DNA of 64,000 nucleotides from Nageia nagi (GCA_050084985.1 JBITNC010000001.1:138508001-138572000), one strand, 5' to 3'. Positions 26,923 to 41,146 are shown, numbered from the stretch's first letter. A program made the numbers and translations. Notes: generated from the letters alone by a model not told the origin.

Positions 26923-28007
26923 GATAAGCTCATTCCATTCAATACAGAAGGATACCCAAATTGACCTTTTTTTCTACAATTTGGCCCTTCATGTACATAA
27001 AACTAATTAAAGAAATCACCATTCATTCAAATTTATCTAAATTTGTTGTTGTTTTTTTCAAATTTTTAATGGTTTGATGTTTTTTTTCTTTCGAATTTCT
27101 AATGGTTTGATGTATTTATTTTATATAGTTCTTAACTATTATATTATTGATCTCTTTGTTTTAAAGATGTAAAAGGTATTTGTAAAGGATGTTTCTAACC
27201 ATGAAATAAAATAGATACATTTTTCTTTTCGTGAAACTTGAAAATGTTTTATGTGCGATTTAATGTACTTAACTTATAAAAAAGTTGTACTTAGCTTATA
27301 AAAAGTAAATCCCCTTCTTTACATTTACTATTTTTATTTAACAATAAATGTATGATCTATGATATAAAGTATTTAGCTTGTTAAGGAAGAATTCATTTCT
27401 TGATATTCTATATTTTTATTAAATGGTAAATATGTAACTTGTGACTTAGAGTATTTATCTGTCTAGGGGGAACTAGTTTACTATTTTTATCCTATAATAA
27501 TTGCAGAATTTGCGACCTACGAAGGTGTGTGACAAGGTATTCAATCTAGTCCATTATTTCAACCTCAATGACTTCTACCATTTCCATTATCGTTATGAAG
27601 TCAGCATAAAGATATAAATACCCGAAAGGCAGCATGTTCTACAATTATCTAAGAGGGGAAGTGACCAGTCTAACAATTAGAATGCTCGTTACCTTGGGAA
27701 AATTTGTTAGTATCCTAGGAATAATCATTCTTACATCCGATAATGACTAAATTTCAGTTTGACGATCAAGAGCATATTATAGAAAAAGGATAATTTCTTG
27801 CCCAAATAGGAATTAAGAAATTTATCATAATATTTTACCTTATGATCGATCAAGCATTCAGAAATAGTTTGATACAAGCCATAAAACATGCGTCAAAACC
27901 AAGCAAGTCTTGCCTCACCTAACTCTGTACGTCCAATAACATCTCATATTCCTTTCCAATATCTATAAGGAAACGATATTTTAGTTTAAAAAAATTTATT
28001 TTGAAAA

Positions 28008-28760
28008 GCAGATGTGTAAAGAACTGCTGCACAAGAAATTTAGCTACTTGGAAAGAGAAATTCAGATAAGAGGCTTTTAATTGCCAAGGCTGGAGCTATT
28101 CCACACTTACTGAAATTGTTATCATCATGTTGTGTTGCAACCCAACAGCATGAAGTGATAGATCTTCTAAATTTATCTATTGATAGTTGCATAGAAACAA
28201 GAGAAAGTGCTGCTACGAGTCTTCCTAGCCTGTCTTTTGTGGATGAGAAAAGAATTAGTATTGGAGCTTCAGGTGCCATCCCTCCTTTAGTTGATCTACT
28301 TTGAGATGAAACTCCAAGGGGAAGAAGGGTTCTACTACTCCTCTCTTCAATTTATTCATTTACAATGAAACAATGCTTGGGCTGTTCCGGCTAGAATTGT
28401 TCCTACTTTTATGGAATTATTGTTGAGCAAACCATTGGAATTGTGGATGAAGTTCTTAGTATTCTTGCAAAACTCACTAATCATCAGGAAGGTAGTATTA
28501 CCATTAAAACTTAATCTGCTATTCATATTCTTGTTAATTTGATCCATTTAGGCTCATCGCGTGACAAGGAGAATGTTATTGTTGTATTGCTTGCATTGGG
28601 TGTAAATGATTCCTTTCATTTATGGACAGCATCACAGCTTGGTGTATATAATGACATATTTAAACTTGCACAGATTGGCAATGCAAGAACCAGATGGAAG
28701 GCATGAACTCTTTATAGATTGTCAACAAAGGATAACATATTCCATAAGTTACAACATTAG
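28008..28760 (+). pseudogene. Plant U-box (PUB13/14-like) ARM-repeat region pseudogene; no U-box visible
   Basis: [86 protein letters not shown] and GSSRDKENV. Has stops, frameshifts and an internal deletion of roughly half an ARM repeat after LLNLSID. Confidence 0.9.
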
Positions 28761-28877
28761 TGATTTTATGTCCCTTGTACACCAGAAGGACAAACTCACA
28801 TTTCATATGTGAATTACGACGTCCATTTGATTGCCATTTTGGCAATTGCTGAAGGAGTAAAGCTACCTGAAAGAAAC

Positions 28878-31585
28878 GTTAGTTTTGAGCTCAAGAAATT
28901 ATTTTTACTTTCCTCTGTCTTTTGAATATCTAGTTAGAACAGCATATCTCTCAACCTCAACGAATCATGAACTTCTCTCTTAAAAACAAGTCTAAAGATA
29001 AGTAAAGCTGTTACTTTTGTGGTTTGGTACATTCTGCTATAACTTTCCCAGTAGTGAGTGAGCTCAAACATATTGTATACTATGAGCTTATTGAAGCCAA
29101 AACAAGGTAAGTATGATTATCCTTTGATTGATATCTTATTATCTAGTTGATAATTTGAAGTTGAAAGGAAGCGATATTTTATATTTTTTATGAACGCTAA
29201 TGATATTTTTTTCACTTGGGATAACAATGATAATAATCTGAAGATTATCAAACAATTAGTATTTAGGGTGAATGTTGATTAGATCTAGCATACAATAAGA
29301 TTAAGTCCTCTAAAAATTTTAAATTCTCAATAGTTGGATTTGATTTTTTGATATTTGTAAGTAGTTGACAAAATCATTTTTTATCTTCATTTTATCCTTC
29401 CTGTCGAAATACCTTATACAATATTATAATAATTAAAAATTCTTACAATAATAATTTTGCATACTTGTAACTTACATATGGCCATCTATGGATATCAGGT
29501 GGTAATTATCCTAAATGGCTCACCAAAATGATTGAACTTCCTCTAAAATAGATGTTAGAATATTGCTAAAAAACTTGATGAAGGTGTGAATCTATCTATT
29601 TTAATAAAGCTCATCTCATCAATCAATGCATATTTTATATGTTGTAACTTTTCTTCAAAATTTATTAATTTTGTTCCTTCCAAAATATTTCATCCAACAT
29701 TCAAAGGAAAAAATAATCGACTACATTCATCTATCAATACATATTTTATATTTTTTTTATTTTTAGCTATTGAATACATTTCTTTATGTATAATAACTAT
29801 TTCATCACATATTTACCTAACGTTGATAAAAAAAATTCTAAAACCTTTTTTAAGATATTATAATAATGTGTATAGATATTATAATAATATATGTTAATAT
29901 GTTTTAAGTAATATTATTGAGATTTGTATTTAATAACAAATCATATATACATTAAAAAATAGAAAAATATTATGTACAGAGTTAAATGCATAATGAAAGT
30001 AACTTAAAGAATACCACATCAAAATGTTTCATGTATATCATCTTCTTTAAAGTTTAATTGATTATATTATGTCATTATATACCATACATTTTTATCTACT
30101 ATGAATACAATCTACCTATGTTTGGAGTATTTAATAAATATAATATGATGCATATACTCATACACTATACATTTAGATAATCATAATTTATTAAGAATAT
30201 ACATCTTATACAAAAATAGAAATACTGAGTTCAATATCGAAGTTATATTTGTTTATCAAAATTGAATAAAATCAATAGATGAAGTTATAGTTTTAAACAT
30301 AATTGATATATTTTATACAATTGGTATTATAATATAAAAATCTTATATCCAATAAAAATTAAACATCTCTTTGAATAATGTTGTAAACAAAAATTCTTTT
30401 AGATGATAATCTCGGTCCTCCTTTCTACAAGGGAAGAGGGAAGTCAATGAACCAGCTCCCTTCTTTCCTACAAATTGAATTTGGAACTTATAAAGAGTTA
30501 AAGTATACTACAAATAATTTTCAACCAATATTTTTGCTTCTTCTTAGTATTAAACTTAAATTTAGAATGAAAATAATAATAAAAATCAAGTCTTTATACA
30601 AATTAAATAGTAGTACCAAATTATGTAAGTAAATGTAAATCTTATTATATCAAATAAAATGATATGATTATAAGTACATGAAATAAAATATATATAATAC
30701 CATTTAAAAATAAGAGACAATTGTAGGTTAATGAAAGAATTTCATATTCATCATACCAGATGGATGTTTTCCTTCTTTAATCTCTCAAGGAGAGAGTCAT
30801 AAATTGATGAGAGACTAAAGGGTAAGTGGAAGAAGATGAGTCCCATTTTTGGCAAAAAAGTTGAAGTATTTTCTCCAATTTTTAGATTATCTCAAAATTT
30901 GAAGCATTTAGAGTATGATTCTTGCAAAATGTCACTTATGTAAAAATTTATTTCTAAATTAATATTTGGTAGGTATATTTAAAAGCCACTATTTAAAAAA
31001 TAAAATTTCAGGACCATACCCCCATTATGTCAACAAGCATAATTGGACCTAAATCAAAATATATTTTAAAATCCTTTTGAGAAAATATACTTAAGATACT
31101 AAATATTGTGGAGGATTTTTTTGTAATTTTTCCATGAATATTTTATTTTTTATTAATTTTTTGATAACTATGATTACTAGTTCAAAAATTGCTTATTAGC
31201 CAAGCATAATTTGACCTAAACTTATCATTTTTAATTTGTTTTTTTTTATCTTATGAATAATTATATGCAAATTATGCACATATATTATTTTTTCACAATT
31301 CCCAAAAGATAAAATATTATTAAACAAATGCAAAACCAATTATTTAAAAAATATAATTTCAAGACCATAGCCATCATGTCTGTCAAGCATAATTGGACAT
31401 AAATTAAAATATCTTTTTAAATCCTTTTGGTTAAAGATAAATAAGACACTAAATATTGTGGAGGATATTTTTTATATTTTTTTCATGAATATATTATTTT
31501 TTTATTAATTTTTATTGGCCATGATTATCATTTCAAAAATTGCTTATGTCTAGTAAGCATAATTTCAATAAAACTTATCATTTTT
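28878..31585 (+). repeat. Recent direct segmental duplication, copy 2
   Basis: Aligns to 22735-25387. Confidence 0.95.
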
Positions 31586-31742
31586 TTATTTATTTTTTAT
31601 TTAACTTGTTAAGAATTACATATCAATTATGCACAAAAAAAAATCATAATTCTAAAAAAATAAAAATTTATTAAATAAATACAAAAACCTAATAGTTCAT
31701 AAAACTTCCTTTAAAGTGGGACTCATCTTCTTGCACTTACCT
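30820..31742. mobile_element. Complete non-autonomous TIR DNA transposon (~923 bp, ~30-bp TIRs, internal ~350-bp tandem repeat)
   Basis: Left GGGTAAGTGGAAGAAGATGAGTCCCATTTT, right AAAGTGGGACTCATCTTCTTGCACTTACCT. An empty homologous site is visible at ~15121-15170. Confidence 0.9.
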
Positions 31743-33059
31743 TGAATATTAGTCATGGAATATGGAAATATTTTTATGAAAAAGAAAATTTGTTGGTTTA
31801 AGATAACATAATGACATAATCTCTTGAAGCCGAAGAATCTCATTATGTCCTTTGTACAATTTTGAACTCAAGAGTAAATTTTATTAGCTTATTTCTCAAC
31901 ATATAATATTTCAAGTATTTTTTTATAAGCATATGTTGCTTCTAAAGCTTCATGATGAACAATGTAATGAATATCAATTAAATTTGGTAAATCTATTTTT
32001 AAAAGTGTTATAAATATATTTTAACTTCCAACCATTGATGATGCAAATCTATAGAAATACTACCAAACCATCACTTAAAAGTCCCCTTTCATATTTTAAA
32101 TTATTAATTGCATCATTTAATATTTTTTATTTTCCAATATAAATATTTAAAAGTTTATAACTATAAAAATGGTGGTTCCACTCCTTTTAAATCTAAAAAT
32201 TGTACCATATACTATAAGGTACTTAGCCAAACTATGATTTGTGATTTCATCTAACACAAAAGAAAATAAAGGACTATCTCACATTCTTATAATTTATTCC
32301 TCTTCTAAATATTAAGATACAAGGAAAATAAATTTATTTCTTGCCAAGTAATTTATATATGGTATGAAATCTTTGTTCTTTCGTATATTTGATGTTTGTA
32401 ATGGTAGTGTAACAGAAAATAAATAGAAATAGAAATATATTTTAATATCCATAGAGTATCATCCAAGAAAGTGCTAGGGTTGAGAACCATAGGTATTGAC
32501 AAAAAAAATAAAATAATAAAACTATATTATCAATAGTGAGGAAAGAAAATTGGTGATACATAGCATTCGTCCAAGCTATGATGGGATTGTGCCTATATGA
32601 GATATGAGATGATATTAAATATAACTTATAAGTATACAAAATAGATCAAATTATAAATTGAGATGGAATATTTTGACCATTATACAAATATTTTATAGTT
32701 TTTATGTAAATTAGACTTTTTGTAAGGTTTTGATTCTTAGCATTGATTGCCTTGATGTTAAATTACACTATAGTTTGTGTTTGAGATATTATTGGAGAGT
32801 GAGAGATTGTTATAGTGAGGTTGTATTGTACTAAAGAGGAGGATTATAGCATGGTTATGTTTCTGATGTATATATTTATTTCTTAGAGAAGGAATTGAAA
32901 TAGGATGGTAGTTTCTATAGATAAATAGTCTACTTTGGGTGAACCTCATTAAATTTGGCTCTTATTTGTATGTTTTAGATTTGTGATTGTTTTATTTGCC
33001 CTCTTTCATTAAAGTAGTAGTAAAAATGTTGTTAAATATTATTTAATAATAAAATAATC

Positions 33060-33600
33060 CAACAATGAAAGTGTGATTGATATTCAAAATCAATCTATTA
33101 TGCATATTCTTATTGATTTGATCCATTTAGGCTCATATTGTAATAAAGAGAATGTTATTTTATTGCCGTGCATTTGCAAGAGCTTTAAAGAAGGTGAGAA
33201 CTCTTTTGGAGCTTGTGAGAAAAGAAGAAAATATTTCTTAAGTTATAATATTAGTCATTTTATATCCCCTATATAACAAAAGGCCAAACTCACATTTCAT
33301 ATGTTAATTTTGATGTTCATTTGTAATTGGAATTTTTGCAATTACTGAAGGACTAAAGCTAAGTAACATAAACCTAAGTTTTGAGCTCAATACATTTTCC
33401 TTAGTTTCCAAAGACCATTGAATTTTTAGTTATAATAGATATCTCTCAACCTTAAAGGGTTCTTAACATACTCACTTGTAAATTAGGCTACTAATAAGTA
33501 AAGGTGCATTCTACTACACCTTTACCAGTAGTGAGTGAGCTCAAGCATGTTATTTACTATATGCTTTTTTGAAGCCAAAACAAGGCATGTATGATTATAC
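33060..33600 (+). pseudogene. Further decayed 3' fragment of the PUB/ARM pseudogene and its downstream sequence
   Basis: SIMHILIDLIHLGSYCNKENVI (ORF 33073) aligns to 28510-28590. aaactcacatttcatatg and gaagccaaaacaagg are shared with 28790-29107. Confidence 0.8.
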
Positions 33601-36569
33601 TTGGATTTTATTTAAGCGATATTTTTTTATTTTTTAATGAAAGCTAATGATATTTTCAATGGTTAAGACCATAAACAACGAGCATTTAGGATAAATGATA
33701 ATTAGATATAACATGTATAGTTTTAAATACAATTGATATATTTGACGTTGTTATGCTAGCCCACTATACTAAACCCTAAATTTTCATACCCTTTTTTTCA
33801 TGAGTAATTATTATATGAGGGTCAATAACAATACAACACATATCCCACATTGATAATATATTTTAGTTCTTCATAGTATACCTAGATATAATCATCCCTA
33901 GTTAAGTACTAGGGTATGTTCACCATGCAAACCCACCTCACTTAAGTGGAGTTTCCCATGATATCATGCTTTAGTTTTTACTTGAGTAGCATTTTCCTTT
34001 CACAATGAGTATCCTACTTTGCATTTTAAAGTAATTATTCAACCTATAATCATTAGGCTAGGTTTATTGACTCATTATATCTTTTAACTTACCCAATATT
34101 GAACCTATGTTTGCTATATGATCTTAATCCTTTGATTACTATTTATCATCACATTTGAATGTTTCCTAACTAGTTTCATGCTAGAGTGCAATCATCATGA
34201 TCACTATGATATCCATGTTCTTAGTAAATCTTCAAACTCTAATTCTTTTATCATACTTTAAATTCTTATTTTGATTTACTAGTTTGTTTGTAGGCTTAAC
34301 CTTTTCTCTAGAACAATTCTCTTATCAAAATAACCCTATCATAATTTTTAAATAAATAATAATACTATGGATATTCTGATTTTTTGCATCATTTTTAAAC
34401 ATGACTTATTTCAAATAACCTTATAAATTATTTAGATCCCTTTAAAAACATAAACATTAAATCATACTTAGTTTTTTACCATAAATACTTGTCATGTAGA
34501 AAAATGGGTTATCTTCATTACTACATTTATTTTCATAGATACTATATAACAATAGCCTTCTTTTTTTCCCTATCATACATAATTAAAGTATTAATAAAAT
34601 GATTTTATGATATACAACATGTATTCCATAAAGCTTCATACAATATATTAATTTCATCAACATGTAGAATGTTCATTTGTGTATATTGTATCATATAGGT
34701 CTTCAATTAATCTTCATTTGATTAGTGTATGCCATCCTCTTTTTTCACAATCATCCTAAGGATCCAAGAATTGTTGGTCATGAGTACTAAGAAAGGTTTT
34801 CAAGCAATTGAGGATCAAGACATGCTTCTTATTACCATAATGCATCCTAACCTAAATTCACCATGTCTCATCCATGCATTCCTTTTCTATCAATCAATTT
34901 CATGCAAGAATGCCATAATCAACTAATTTATACTCTATTTGTGATCTCTAGAGGTTTCACTCTTTCTCTAAAGTTGTCCTCCTTTCCTTATCATATAGTA
35001 AGATTTTATGATTCACAATGGCATACATCACGTGAAGATCAATTCAAAGAAATATGACTATTAACTAACCATTACCTATTGAAAAATATGTTCGATAAAA
35101 TTCTCATAATTATATCTTTTATAGATGCCTTGTAAATATTTATTGATATTTTACTAACTTAAAAACAACTATAATTTTTCATTTTATTGATAATTTTACA
35201 ACAATATATTATAAATAATTATATCAAAAAAATAATATCCTTAACTTGGAAAAACAATTATTTATCACATTAACTCATGCTTTATGTTACCTTTCTCCAT
35301 ACTATAAGGTCATAAATTCATGTTTGTTTACAAAAAATAAAACATCCATGTTTTAGTTCTCTAATGAGGCTAAAGCTATAAATATCTATAATAATAGGTT
35401 TAGTTTTTATGGTAATAAGGTCTAATGAGACTTTTTATAGATCCATAATCCATTCATTTGCTGAAATAATTGTCACAAAGTCTAATTTCTATAATGAAGT
35501 ACTACTAGAGGACATTGAACTCATTTTTCCCTCTTATTTTTAAATCTTGTATGGATTGCCTTAGCAAGTTAGATGGATTCAATTACATGTCATACCATTT
35601 CACATGGTCAAATTCAAAATCTTATTTTTTGAACAATATTATTTAATGAGAATCAATCCATTCAGGTTCATAATGAGACCCATGAAATCCTCATAGCTCT
35701 TATTTTCATAACCATTTCATATGTAATGTAGAGAATTTAGCTATCCCTATGACCATTAAAAAAGGTGATTTGTATTGCTTTGAAAAATGACCACCTTAAG
35801 GAGTGCTTCTAATGCATTCCATGGATCGATAGGGTGAACTCATGTAAATCAAAGTTCTAATGATCTCTGATAATAATCCAACCAATATTGGAGAGAAATC
35901 ATTTTTTACCCATCCTAACTTTTATATTTGTATTAATAGGGTACAAAATCCAAATATGGTTGTGATTGAGATGTAAGATCATATCCAAGCTCACTCTTGG
36001 CACATATTAAGGTACCAAATATGGATATTTAGTTACGGTAGAGATGTTGAATTGAGAAATAGATTGACATAGTATATAAGAGACATTTATGATTTAATTA
36101 TTTATCATATCAAATGAATCTTTTATGGTGAACAAGGCACTTAGCCATTAATTAAAATGAACCTAAAGTAGCCTAAAGAGCCTTAGAATGGTACAAGCAT
36201 CAAGATGAAGCCCACTTTGGATCCAATCTATCCCCATTGCTCTCCATGATGGATTGCTCCTAGGAACCATTGGTTAAGTGAATGAATCCTCAACTCATTA
36301 TTATTGGCTACAATACCAACCTTTTTCTAGACAAATGATGAGGCACATTAAGAATGTTTTAAGTGCCTCCAACTTTCCTAGGTATCATCCAAGATAGGGG
36401 AAAGAAAGGTACTACCAAATATGAGTAATAGGTTGAGAAAATATGACATTCTATTTTGCACGGTTGACCCCTCCATATATTCCTTTCATTGCCTATGTTA
36501 TTCCTAAGGGAAAGTGTGGAGAAAACTAGATGTCATTTACTTGATATTTAAGAAGTGATTATGTTATGG

Positions 36570-37465
36570 GTGAGTTTGGTCATACCTAATTTCTTTCAAA
36601 AAATCCCTAAACCAAATGACTTCCTGGGCCATGATTGACATGGCTTGATTTTTTCCTTTGTGGTGGAGAGAGTAGTAGTAGGCTACTTATTAGAAGCCCA
36701 AGAGATAGCACCTATACTATTACTAAACATATAAGTAGAAGTTGATTTTCTATCATCTTTATCTCCCCTATATCAAAATTTGAGTACCCTAAGTGAACAA
36801 ATGAGAAAAACTTGGAATAATTAAGAGTAGTATCCTTCATTATTGCAACATACCTTAAATTTACTTAACATCATTGAGGTGCTTAGCATATAATTTTTAC
36901 ATAAATAATTCTATATTATTTATTGCAAAGAAAATATTTGGCCTAGACATAATTAAATAAAGAAAATTCTAATTAGTAGAGTGATTCCATGAGTACTAGG
37001 ATCACAACAAGTTTTCACTTCATTCCAAACTTTTGTACTATTTTAAGATATACTTAAATTGAATAAGTTAAATACAATATTTGTATTGGTATACTTGCAT
37101 ATCAAGGTAGTAGTGTAAGAGACCAATATCAATCATTTCAAATATTACCTTACATTTGGATATGCCCTCTTGGCTGATTTCATCATTATTTCCTATGATT
37201 AGAAGATCATCCACATAAAGAAGAATCAATACTAAATCTTATCCCTATTTGAGCACATATAGATCTAAATTGAAAAAAGCACTTAAAGAATCCAATGTTT
37301 GCAAATTATCATGAAAATCTTTTTATACCAAGCTTTAGGTGCTTGTTTAAGTCCATACAAGGACTTCTTTATATTGTACACATGGGATTCTTTGCCTTTA
37401 ATAACAAAGCCTTCTAGTTGATTCATATACATTTCCACATCCAAAATCATCATTGAGAAAAGCCT
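36570..37465 (-). mobile_element. Ty1/copia RT-RNase H relic, inverted partial copy
   Basis: Reverse complement of ~1390-2290; includes the YVDDLL-encoding segment agatcatccacata. Confidence 0.92.
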
Positions 37466-39384
37466 TTCATAACATGTAGAATGTTCATTTGTGTATTATT
37501 GTATCATATAGGGTCTTCAATTCATATTCATTTGATTAGTGTATGCCATCCTCTTTTTTTACAATCATCCTAAGGATCCAATAATTGTTGGTCATGCATA
37601 CTAAGAAAGGTTTTCAAGCAATTGAGGATCAAGACACTCTTCTTATTACCATAATGCATCCTACCCTAAATGTACCATGTCTCATCCATGCATTCCTTTT
37701 CTATCAATCAATTTCATGCAAGAATGCCATAATCAACTAATTTATACTCTATTTGTGATCTCTAGAGGTTTTACTCTTTCTCTAAAGCTACCTCCTTTCC
37801 TTGATCATAGAATATGATTTTATGATTCATAATGGTATACATCATGTGCAAGATCAATTCAAAGAAATATGACAATTAACTAACCATTAGCTATTGAAAA
37901 ATAAGTTTGATAAAATTCTCATAATTATATCTTTTATAGATGCCTTGTAAATATTTATTAATATTTTACTAACTTAAAAACAACTAACATTTTACCATTT
38001 TGTTGATAATTTTACAACAATCTATTATAAATAATTATATCAAAAAAATAATATCCTTAACTTGGAAAAATAATTATTTATCACATTAACTCATTCTTTA
38101 TGTTACCTTTCTCCATACTATAAAGGTCATAAATTCATGTTTGTTTACAAAATAATAAAACATCCATGGTTTATTTCTCTAATGAGACTAAAGCTATAAA
38201 TATATATAATAATAGGTGTAGTTTTTATGGTAATAAGGTCTAATGAGACTTTTTATAGATCCATAATCCATTCATTTACTCAAAATATTTGTCACAAAGT
38301 ATAATTTCTATAATGAAGTACCACTGAAGGACATTGAACTCATTTTTCCCTCTTATTTTCAAATCTTGTATGGATTACCTTAGCAAGTTTAGATGGATTC
38401 AATTACGTGTCATACCATTTCACATGGTCAAATTCAAACTCTTGTTTTTTGAACAATATTATTTAATTAGAATCGATTTGTTAGGTTCATAATGAGACCT
38501 TTGGAAATCCTCATAGCTCTTATTGCCCATAACATTTCATATGTAATGTAGAGTAAAGTAGCTATCCCTTTGACCAATTTGAGAAGGTGATTTGTTTTGC
38601 TTAGACAATGACCACCCTAGGAGTGCTTCTCAATGTGTTTTTGGATCGATAGGGTGACCTCACATAAAGCATAGTTCCAATGATCTCTAATAATAATCCA
38701 ACTTGATATTGAAGAGAAATAATTCTTTCCCCATCCTAACTCTTATATTTGTATTAATAGGGTACAATATCCAAATATGTTTATGATTGAGATGCAAGAT
38801 CGTATCTAGAGCTCACTAGCAACACATATTAAGGTACCTAATATATATATTTAGTTATGGTGGAATGTTGAATTGAGAAATAGATTGGACATAGTATATA
38901 AGAGACATTTATGATTTAATTATTTATCAGATAGAATGAATCTTTTATGGTGAGCAAGGCACTTAGCCATTAATTAAAAGTGAACATAGAGTAGCCTAAA
39001 GAGCCTTGGAATGGTACAAGCATCAAGATGAAGCCCACTTCAGATCTAATCTATCCCCATTGCTCTCCATGATGGATGCTCCTAGGAACCATTGGTTAAG
39101 TGAATGAATCCTCAACTCATTATTATTGGCTAGCAATACCAACCTTTTTCTAGACAAATGATGAAGCACATTAGAGAAAGTTTTAAGTGCATCCAACTTT
39201 CCTAAGTATCATCCAAGATAGGGGAAAGAAAGGTGCTACCCAATATGAGTGATAGGTTGAAAAAATATGGCATTCTATTTTGTATGGTTCACCCCTCCAT
39301 ATATTCCTTTCATTGCCTACATTATTCCTAAGGGAAAGTGAGGAGAAAACTAGATGTCATTTACCTAATATTTAAGAAGTGAGT

Positions 39385-40509
39385 CTGTTATGGGTGAGTT
39401 TGGTCATACCTAATTTCATTTAGTAAATGCCTAAACCAAATGGCTTCCTGGACCATGATTGACATGGCTTGATATTTTTTGTCGATGGTGGAGAGAGTAG
39501 TATTAGGCTACTTCTTAGAAACCCAAGTGATAGCACCTATAATATTACTAAACATATAAGCAAAATTTGATTTTCTATCATCTTTATCTCTCTCATAGTT
39601 GAAATCTGAGTACCCTATGAGAATAGATGAGAGAAACTTGGAATAGTTAAGAGCAAGATCTTTCATTCCTACAACATACCTTAATATTCGCTTATTATCA
39701 TTGAGGTTCTTAGCATATAATGTTTACATTAATCATTTTATATTAGTTATTGCAAAGAAAATATTTGGCCTAGATATAATTCAATAAATAAGAATTCCAA
39801 TTATTAAAGTGATTCCATGAGATACTAGGATCACAATAAGTTTTCACTCCATTCCAAACTTTCATAACATTTCTAAGATATACTTAAATTGAATAAGGTA
39901 AGTACAATATTTGTATTGGTATACTTGCATATCAAGGTAGTAGTGCAAGAGACGAATATCAATCATTTCAAATATTACTTTACATTTGGATATGCCCTCT
40001 TGGCTGATTTCATCATTATTTCCTATGATTAGAAGATCATCCACATAAAGAAGAATCAATACTAAATCTTATCCCTATTTGAGCACATATAGATCTAAAT
40101 TGAAAATCACTTAAAGAATCCAATGTTTGCAAAGTATCCTGAACCCTTTTTATACCAAGCTTTAGGTGCTTGTTTATGTCCATACAAGGACTTATTTATC
40201 TTGTACATAAGGGACTCTTTGCCTTTCATAATAAATCCTTCTACTTCATTCATATAGATTTCCACATATAAATCATAGTTGAGAAAAGCACTATTGATAT
40301 CAAGTTGAAAAACATTCCATCCCTAAGTTGTTGAGAGAGTAATGATTACTCTAATTATGGGCATCTTTACCACTGGATCAAGGTTTCCTCATAATCAAAT
40401 CTATATTTTTGAGTGAAACACTTAGCTATATATATAGCCTTATATTTCTCAATTTCTCCAACTAAATTATATTTTACCTTGTAAATCCACTTATTTCCAA
40501 TCACATTTC
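39385..40509 (-). mobile_element. Ty1/copia RT-RNase H relic, inverted copy running into the gap
   Basis: ORF 39862-40059 (-) ILLYVDDLLIIGNNDEISQE; reverse complement of ~1176-2290. Confidence 0.93.
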
Positions 40510-40609
40510 NNNNNNNNNNNNNNNNNNNNNNNNNNNNNNNNNNNNNNNNNNNNNNNNNNNNNNNNNNNNNNNNNNNNNNNNNNNNNNNNNNNNNNNNNNN
40601 NNNNNNNNN
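40510..40609. other. Assembly gap (100 N)
   Basis: Run of exactly 100 N. Confidence 1.
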
Positions 40610-41052
40610 CCCTCATCTTGAAAGCCCTCCTAGATATTGCACCTAGTGGATGTGCTTAAAGATGTTAAGTCTTCTTATCCTCTATATGATATGAAGTATA
40701 ATAATAATTAGGTATATCTAGTATTGAGGCTCCAATGTTTTTTTATACACTTTCTCTATACATATCTCACCTAGGAGTCATCACCTTGCTCATTTAATCC
40801 AATGTTGGCCTTATGCGGGTCTAAAATATCCAACATGGATGCCTAGGGGATATGCATGCCAACATGGGGAGCTTAGGTACATTAAATACCAACATAAAGG
40901 TCTAGGAGTGTGTCACATGCCCACATGGGTCAAGATATCATGCATGGGGTCCTAATTTCATGTTGGACCAACATTGGGGTATGGGATACTCTCCAAGGTT
41001 TTTGCATGCATGTATTTATTTATCTTGTCATCTAAGTGTAATAATAGAAAAT
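40610..41052 (-). mobile_element. Fragment of the same gypsy family as 6184-11632 (probable LTR piece)
   Basis: 40610-40860 is the reverse complement of ~10755-11007. 40880-41052 is a more diverged reverse complement of ~6285-6465. Confidence 0.85.
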
Positions 41053-41146
41053 TTGAGTTAAGAGATAGAAAAGTTACAATAGCTTGCATATCCTAGATTA
41101 CCATTTTTAAATGATAACAAGAGGTTCAAGGAAGGGTGTTGATATC

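Larger units (their letters stand above)
31972..40509. repeat. Left arm of a large inverted segmental duplication (partner ~56835-62566), containing an internal ~2.81-kb tandem duplication
   Basis: 31972 atatcaattaaatttggtaaatctattttt is the near reverse complement of ~62535-62566, and colinear inverse similarity continues throughout. Internally, aacatgtagaatgttcatttgtgtat occurs at 34659 and 37471. Confidence 0.93.

Noticed and set aside
29100-29112. Strong splice donor AAG|GTAAGT downstream of the PUB relic, suggesting an extra exon or fusion
   Set aside because: No consistent open frame links it to the ARM region, and no downstream exon was identified.
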